11,276 nucleotides of DNA from Gemmatimonadota bacterium (GTDB lineage Bacteria; Gemmatimonadota; Gemmatimonadetes; Gemmatimonadales; GWC2-71-9), in contig QHTZ01000012.1 of the NCBI GenBank assembly GCA_003221005.1, positions 1-11,276 of the forward strand. The letters are read 5' to 3'. Positions 6,540-11,276 of the stretch are shown piece by piece (the stretch's first letter is position 1; every line of letters starts with the position of its first letter). The translations under genes were made by a program, and so were the position numbers. Below the pieces are notes generated by a model that was not told the origin of the DNA, did no database searches, and was given only the letters and a program-made list of their open reading frames with translations.

Positions 6540-7174
6540 TTCGCGTCTTGGTTGTGACCGACTCGGCGACGGCGGGGGCCAGGCTCGCTGCCCGGCTGGC
6601 GGGCGACGACCGGCTTGAGGTCGCGGGACACGCGCTGTCGCCGGGTGATCTCGAGCGGCTCGTCGGCATTGGCAGCGCCGACGTCGTTGTCGCGGCAGTG
6701 AATCCGGACGACGAGCGCGCGGCAGGCGCGCTGCTCGCGCTGGCGGCCGAAAGCACGGCGCCGCCACTCGTGGCGGTCGTGGACGACGAGGCCGGACCCT
6801 GGACGAGCGAGGCGCTACAGGCAGGGGTGCGAGCCGTGCTGCCGCTCGACGTGAGCGCCGCGGAGCTCTGCGCCGCCGTCGCAGCTGCCGCGGCAGGCTT
6901 CGTGGTCACGCGGCCCGAGGACGCGGCAGCCGGGGGTCGAGCGGGGCGCCCCCGGCAAGCGCTTCCGGCACTGGGCCCGCTCCTCACGCCGCGCGAGCTC
7001 GAGGTGCTGGGCCTGCTGGCCGAGGGTCTCGGCAACAAGGGCATCGCAGCACGTCTCGCCATTAGCGAGCGCACCGTGAAATTTCACGTAGGAGCGATCT
7101 TCGAGAAGCTCGGGGTCACGAGCCGCACCGAGGCCGTGACCGCGGGCTTGCGCCGCGGGCTTATCCTGCTGTAG
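6536..7174 (+). CDS. NarL/LuxR-family response-regulator-like transcription factor with an atypical receiver
   Basis: GTGA overlap with the upstream stop. LuxR HTH: LTPRELEVLGLLAEGLGNKGIAARLAISERTVKFHVGAIFEKLGVTSRTEAV. N-terminal REC-like fold. Confidence 0.92.
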   Translation: MIRVLVVTDSATAGARLAARLAGDDRLEVAGHALSPGDLERLVGIGSADVVVAAVNPDDERAAGALLALAAESTAPPLVAVVDDEAGPWTSEALQAGVRAVLPLDVSAAELCAAVAAAAAGFVVTRPEDAAAGGRAGRPRQALPALGPLLTPRELEVLGLLAEGLGNKGIAARLAISERTVKFHVGAIFEKLGVTSRTEAVTAGLRRGLILL

Positions 7175-7395
7175 GGGGGGCCGCACCCCCTGCACCTCCC
7201 CGCTGAATCAACCCAAGGAACAATTACGTATCGCGAACGGGTTGTTCGGAGACCCTTGAGGGACCCGAATGCCGTCCAAGAAACCCGTCGCCAGTGACAC
7301 GACATCATCCCAACCGGGTGCCTTGCCACCAACGCTGCTTCGGGATATGTTCGGGTTCCTGTTACTCCAATAAATCCGGCGATGATCTGCTCCCC

Positions 7396-7422
7396 TGTCG
7401 ATTTGAACCAGCCGCGTTCGAC
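7396..7422 (+). promoter_or_regulatory. Second ECF42-type promoter, upstream of the RND-TolC gene
   Basis: TGTCGA-tttgaaccagccgcgtt(17 nt)-CGAC, 62 nt before ATG 7485. Elements and spacing are the same as at 4907-4933. Confidence 0.7.
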
Positions 7423-7484
7423 GACTTGTGGGAGTCGAACACTTACCGCTTAGCGCCCGATCGGGACGAGACCAGGAGAGCCTG

Positions 7485-10400
7485 ATGCGATTCGTAGAGA
7501 CGTTTATCCGCCGCCCCGTGCTCGCCAGCATGGTGAGCCTGGGCCTCGTCCTCGTCGGCGCGATCGGGTATTCGCGCCTGCCGGTGCGCGAATTCCCCGA
7601 CGCCGACGCGCCCATCGTCTCTGTCACCGTGCAGCTACCGGGCGCGAGCCCGCAGGTGGTCGAGTCCTCGGTGACCGACGTGCTCGAGGAGGAGCTCTCC
7701 AGCGTCGAGGGGCTGCGCACGATGACCAGCGCCAGCCAGGAACAGATCAGCACGATCACCCTCGAGTTCAACCTGGATCGCGGCATCGAATCAGCGGCTC
7801 AGGACGTCCGTGACAAGGTGGCGCGGGCGCGCGGGCGCCTGCCGGAGGACATCGAGGAGCCGGTGGTGGCGAAGCAGGAGGCGGACGCCTTCCCGATCAT
7901 GTTCCTGGCTCTGACGTCGCAGAGCTACGGCCTGATGGAGCTGTCGGACATCGCCGACCGCCAGGTCAAGCCGCGGCTGCAGACGATTCCGGGCGTATCG
8001 GGCGCCCCCATTTACGGCGAGCGGCGCTTTGCCATGCGGGTGTGGCTCTCGCCGAGCGAGCTAGCCGCGCGCGGGCTCACGGCCCAGGACGTCGAGCAGG
8101 CGATCAAGACGCGCAGCGTCGAAGTTCCGGCCGGACGGATCGAATCGAATCGACGTGAGTTTTCGGTCCGCTACCTGGGCGAGATGCGCACGCCGTCCGA
8201 GTTCGCGGACCTGACGGTGTCAGGCACGGGCGCACAGCTCGTCAAGCTCGGCGACGTCGCGCGCGTGGAGCCCGGGCCGAAGGACGAGCGGTCGGTCACG
8301 CGTTACTCGCAGCAGCCGGGCGTCTTCATCGGGGTGGTGCGGCAGTCGAAAGGGAACGTGCTCGACGTGGCGCGCGCGGTGCACACCGAGCTGCCCGCGA
8401 TACAGCGGTCGCTCCCGAGCGGCGTGCAGCTGTCCATGGCGTTCGACGCGTCCGTGTTCGTGCAGCGCTCGATCCAGGAGGCGCGCGAGACCCTGTTGCT
8501 GACTGCTGGACTCGTCATCCTCATCATCTTCCTGTTCCTCGGCACGCTCCGCGCCACGGTGATTCCGGCGCTTGCCATCCCAGTCTCGATCATCGCGACG
8601 TTCGCCGTACTGTCGGTGCTCGGGTATTCGGTGAATTCGCTGACGTTGTTGGGCTTGATCCTGGCGATCGGCATCGTGGTGGACGACGCGATCATCGTGC
8701 TGGAGAACGCTTACCGGCACCAGGAAGAGCTGCGCCAGGACCCAGAGCGCGCGGCCATCGACGGGACGCACGAGATCGCGACGGCGGTGATCGCTACGAC
8801 CGTGGCGCTGATCGCCGTGTTCTCCCCCCTGCTCTTCCTCACGGGTGCCACCGGCCGGCTGTTCAACGAGTTCGGGGCTGCGGTGGGAGGATCGGTGCTG
8901 GTCTCGGGGATCGTGGCCCTGACGCTGACCCCGATGCTGTCTGGCAAGATCCTGCGGGTAGCGGGCGGAGAATCGCGGTTCCGTCGCGCCGTCGCCGCGG
9001 TGCTGCGCACCGTCACGACGCGCTATGGCAATGCGCTGGCAGGCGCGCTCAAGCGCCCGTTCCTGGTAATCGCCGGCGCGGCGGGCCTCACGCTCGCGGG
9101 CGCCGCGTTGTTCTTCGCGCTCCAGCGGGAGTTTGTGCCGCCCGAGGATCGTGGCTTCTTCTTCACGTTCGTCGTCGCGCCCGAGGGCGCGACCGTCGCC
9201 TACACCGATGAGTACGTGCGCCAGATCGAGGCGATCGTCCATCACACCAAGGACGTGCGGTCGTCGTTCGCGGTGATCGGGTTCGATGGGCCGCCCAATA
9301 TCGGCGTCGTCGGCCCGATCCTGGAGGACTGGGACCGGCGGCACCGCTCCGCGCAGGACATCATCGCGGAAGTGCAGCCGCAGTTCTACTTCGGCGTGCC
9401 CGGCGTGTTCGCGTTCGCCACCAATCCGCCCGCGTTCGGCGGCTTCAATCCACCGGTGCAGTTCGTGGTGAAGAACCGGGACTTCGACGCCCTGGTGCGC
9501 GGCATGGATACGCTGGTCGCGCGGGCGCGCACGATTCCCGGACTCCTGAACGTAGACACGGACCTGCGCGTGACTAAGCCGGAGCTGGTCGTGACGATGG
9601 ACCGGGACCGCGCCGAGGACCTCGGCGTGCCGGCGCGCGACATCGCATTGACGCTGCAGACGCTCTTGGGAGGCCGCGACGTGTCGCGCTTCACGTCGGA
9701 CAACAAGCTGTATGACGTGATGCTGCGGCTCGATCCCGCGGAGCGCGCCACGCCGTCCGACATCAGCGGCCTTCAAGTGCGCGGGCGCAACGGCACCCTG
9801 GTGCCGCTCGACGCGGTGACCCGCACCCAGGAGCGCATCGGGCCGCGCCAGCTCAACCACCACGACCGGGTGCGGTCGTTCACGCTCTCGGCCAGCATGG
9901 CGCCCGGGTTCACACTGGGCCAGGCTCTGGACTCGTTGAACGCGGCGGCCGCCGCGGTGCTCCCCCCGGGGAGCACGGTGGACCTGGCGGGCGAATCGCG
10001 CGAGTTTCGCGAGAGCGGCAGCACGTTGTACTTCGCGTTCGCGCTGGCGCTGATCTTCGTGTTCATGGTGCTGGCGGCGCAGTACGAGTCGCTGGTGCAC
10101 CCCTTTACGGTCCTCCTGGCCGTGCCCCTGGGCGTGACCGGCGCCCTGGCGGCCCTGTGGGTGGCGCGCTCGACCCTCAACGTGTACAGCCAGGTCGGGA
10201 TGATCCTGCTCATCGGACTCGTGGCGAAGAACTCGATCCTGCTCGTGACGTACGCCAATGGTCTGCGTGAGCGAGGCCGCGACGCCGTGGCGGCGATGCT
10301 CGAGGCCGGCCGGATCCGGCTGCGGCCGATTCTCATGACGTCGGTCGCCACGGTGTTCGGCGCGCTCCCCATCGCGCTCGGCCTCGGCGCGGGCGCCGGC

Positions 10401-11276
10401 AGCCGGCGGCCGCTCGGCTACGTCATCATCGGCGGCATGATCGTCTCGACGCTGATCACCCTGTTCCTCGTGCCGGCGGTGTTCGTCGTGCTGGAGCGGC
10501 TGCGGAGCCGGCGTCCCGCGGCGCTCACCCAGACGGCCGACGCGCTCCCAGCGCTGCCCGCCGTGCTGCTGGCGCTCGCGCTCGGGGCCGCACTCCCGTC
10601 GCGCCTCGCGTCGCAGCAGGTACCCGTGGTGACGCTGGTGGAGGCGCGGCGCCTGGCAGTCGTGGTGGATCCGACCGCCGTGGCCGCCCTCGCCGACGTC
10701 TCAACGGCGTCGTGGGAGCGGCGCGCCGCGCTCGCGGACCTGCTCACGCCCCATCTCACCGCGGCGAGCAGCTACGTGAAGTTTTCGGACCCGTTCTTCA
10801 ACTTCGGCACGGGCGCCATTAGCCCCACGGCGTCGAGCGCGACCGTGGAGGCGCGTTACACGCTCTTTGGCGCTGGGAAGTTCGCAGAGCTGGGGCGCTC
10901 GCGCGCCGCGGTGGCGAGCGCCGAGGCCAACGAAACGGCCGCGCGGCTGCGCACTGCGCTGGCGGCGGACGGCGCGTACTATGCGGTCCTCGCGGAAGCT
11001 GACCTGTCCCGCGTGGCCGCCGACCGGCTGCGGCGCGCGACGGAGCAGCTGGGCGTGGCGCGGGTGCGCGTCCAGGCTGGCGCCACCATCGCGACAGATT
11101 CGTTACAGTTGCTGCTCGAAGTGAATCGCGCGCGGCTGGATATCCTGCGCCGCGATTCGGCACTGGCGGTATCCCGGGTCCGGCTGGGCCGCCAGGTCGG
11201 GGTGGAGGGCCCGGTGGATGCCGCCCGGCTCGACACGACCGCGCCCCCGGCGCTGCCGATCACGCTCGCTGCGGCC
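7485..11276 (+). CDS. AcrB/AcrD/AcrF-family RND permease fused in frame to a TolC-family outer-membrane factor; 3'-truncated, at least 1264 aa
   Basis: AGGAG at 7474-7478, then MRFVETFIRRPVLA...LPVREFPD...PGASPQVVESSVT, GIVVDD(400,401)AIIVLEN, GLVAK(915)NSIL, RLRPILMTS and TLFLVPAVF. I read no stop from 10440 to the window end; the ORF track lists no closed plus-strand ORF in this frame, consistent with one open frame. From 10614 the sequence is OEP-like (VTLVEARRLA; AYYAVLAEADLSRVA; ARVRVQAGATIATDSLQ). Confidence 0.9.
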   Translation, partial: MRFVETFIRRPVLASMVSLGLVLVGAIGYSRLPVREFPDADAPIVSVTVQLPGASPQVVESSVTDVLEEELSSVEGLRTMTSASQEQISTITLEFNLDRGIESAAQDVRDKVARARGRLPEDIEEPVVAKQEADAFPIMFLALTSQSYGLMELSDIADRQVKPRLQTIPGVSGAPIYGERRFAMRVWLSPSELAARGLTAQDVEQAIKTRSVEVPAGRIESNRREFSVRYLGEMRTPSEFADLTVSGTGAQLVKLGDVARVEPGPKDERSVTRYSQQPGVFIGVVRQSKGNVLDVARAVHTELPAIQRSLPSGVQLSMAFDASVFVQRSIQEARETLLLTAGLVILIIFLFLGTLRATVIPALAIPVSIIATFAVLSVLGYSVNSLTLLGLILAIGIVVDDAIIVLENAYRHQEELRQDPERAAIDGTHEIATAVIATTVALIAVFSPLLFLTGATGRLFNEFGAAVGGSVLVSGIVALTLTPMLSGKILRVAGGESRFRRAVAAVLRTVTTRYGNALAGALKRPFLVIAGAAGLTLAGAALFFALQREFVPPEDRGFFFTFVVAPEGATVAYTDEYVRQIEAIVHHTKDVRSSFAVIGFDGPPNIGVVGPILEDWDRRHRSAQDIIAEVQPQFYFGVPGVFAFATNPPAFGGFNPPVQFVVKNRDFDALVRGMDTLVARARTIPGLLNVDTDLRVTKPELVVTMDRDRAEDLGVPARDIALTLQTLLGGRDVSRFTSDNKLYDVMLRLDPAERATPSDISGLQVRGRNGTLVPLDAVTRTQERIGPRQLNHHDRVRSFTLSASMAPGFTLGQALDSLNAAAAAVLPPGSTVDLAGESREFRESGSTLYFAFALALIFVFMVLAAQYESLVHPFTVLLAVPLGVTGALAALWVARSTLNVYSQVGMILLIGLVAKNSILLVTYANGLRERGRDAVAAMLEAGRIRLRPILMTSVATVFGALPIALGLGAGAGSRRPLGYVIIGGMIVSTLITLFLVPAVFVVLERLRSRRPAALTQTADALPALPAVLLALALGAALPSRLASQQVPVVTLVEARRLAVVVDPTAVAALADVSTASWERRAALADLLTPHLTAASSYVKFSDPFFNFGTGAISPTASSATVEARYTLFGAGKFAELGRSRAAVASAEANETAARLRTALAADGAYYAVLAEADLSRVAADRLRRATEQLGVARVRVQAGATIATDSLQLLLEVNRARLDILRRDSALAVSRVRLGRQVGVEGPVDAARLDTTAPPALPITLAAA

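Noticed and set aside
7173-7191. Rho-independent terminator after the LuxR gene
   Set aside because: Short stem with no U-tract on either strand.
7200-7295. c-di-AMP (ydaO) riboswitch or 6S RNA resemblance (CGCTGAATC; CCCGAA..CCGTC)
   Set aside because: The core GCGGGGGACCC and GGGGTGAATC segments are absent and there is no long 6S-like rod; similarity is fragmentary.
7294-7485. 63-aa ORF upstream of the RND gene as a leader peptide
   Set aside because: No SD, atypical composition, and it spans the predicted promoter.
8220-10100. 626-aa minus-strand ORF and the other minus ORFs across 7208-11263
   Set aside because: Antisense shadows of the high-GC RND gene; Arg/His/Gln-rich with no motifs.

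Overview
GC-rich bacterial chromosomal window. The gene style suggests a Gemmatimonadota-like organism, but that is inference only. In order, it holds: (1) the 3' part of an HDAC/AcuC-family deacetylase; (2) a convergent stand-alone 440-aa protein made of two tandem Cas4-like PD-(D/E)XK domains, the first with intact catalytic motifs and the second degenerate, each ending in a C..C..CGC cluster, with no CRISPR array or cas1/cas2 in the window; (3) a divergent hypothetical gene; (4) a minus-strand operon yciI/DGPF - ECF42-type sigma factor - ogt, where the sigma gene is broken by a deletion plus frameshift and ogt carries a perfect palindrome in its coding sequence; (5) a translationally coupled cassette of HtrA-like protease with PDZ, a PDZ-less trypsin-like protease and a LuxR regulator with a degenerate receiver; (6) an AcrB-family RND transporter, absent from the ORF track because it runs off the window, fused in frame through a signal-peptide-like linker to a TolC-family domain. 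The same TGTCGA-N17-CGAC promoter motif (ECF42 type) precedes both the DGPF-sigma operon and the RND-TolC fusion.
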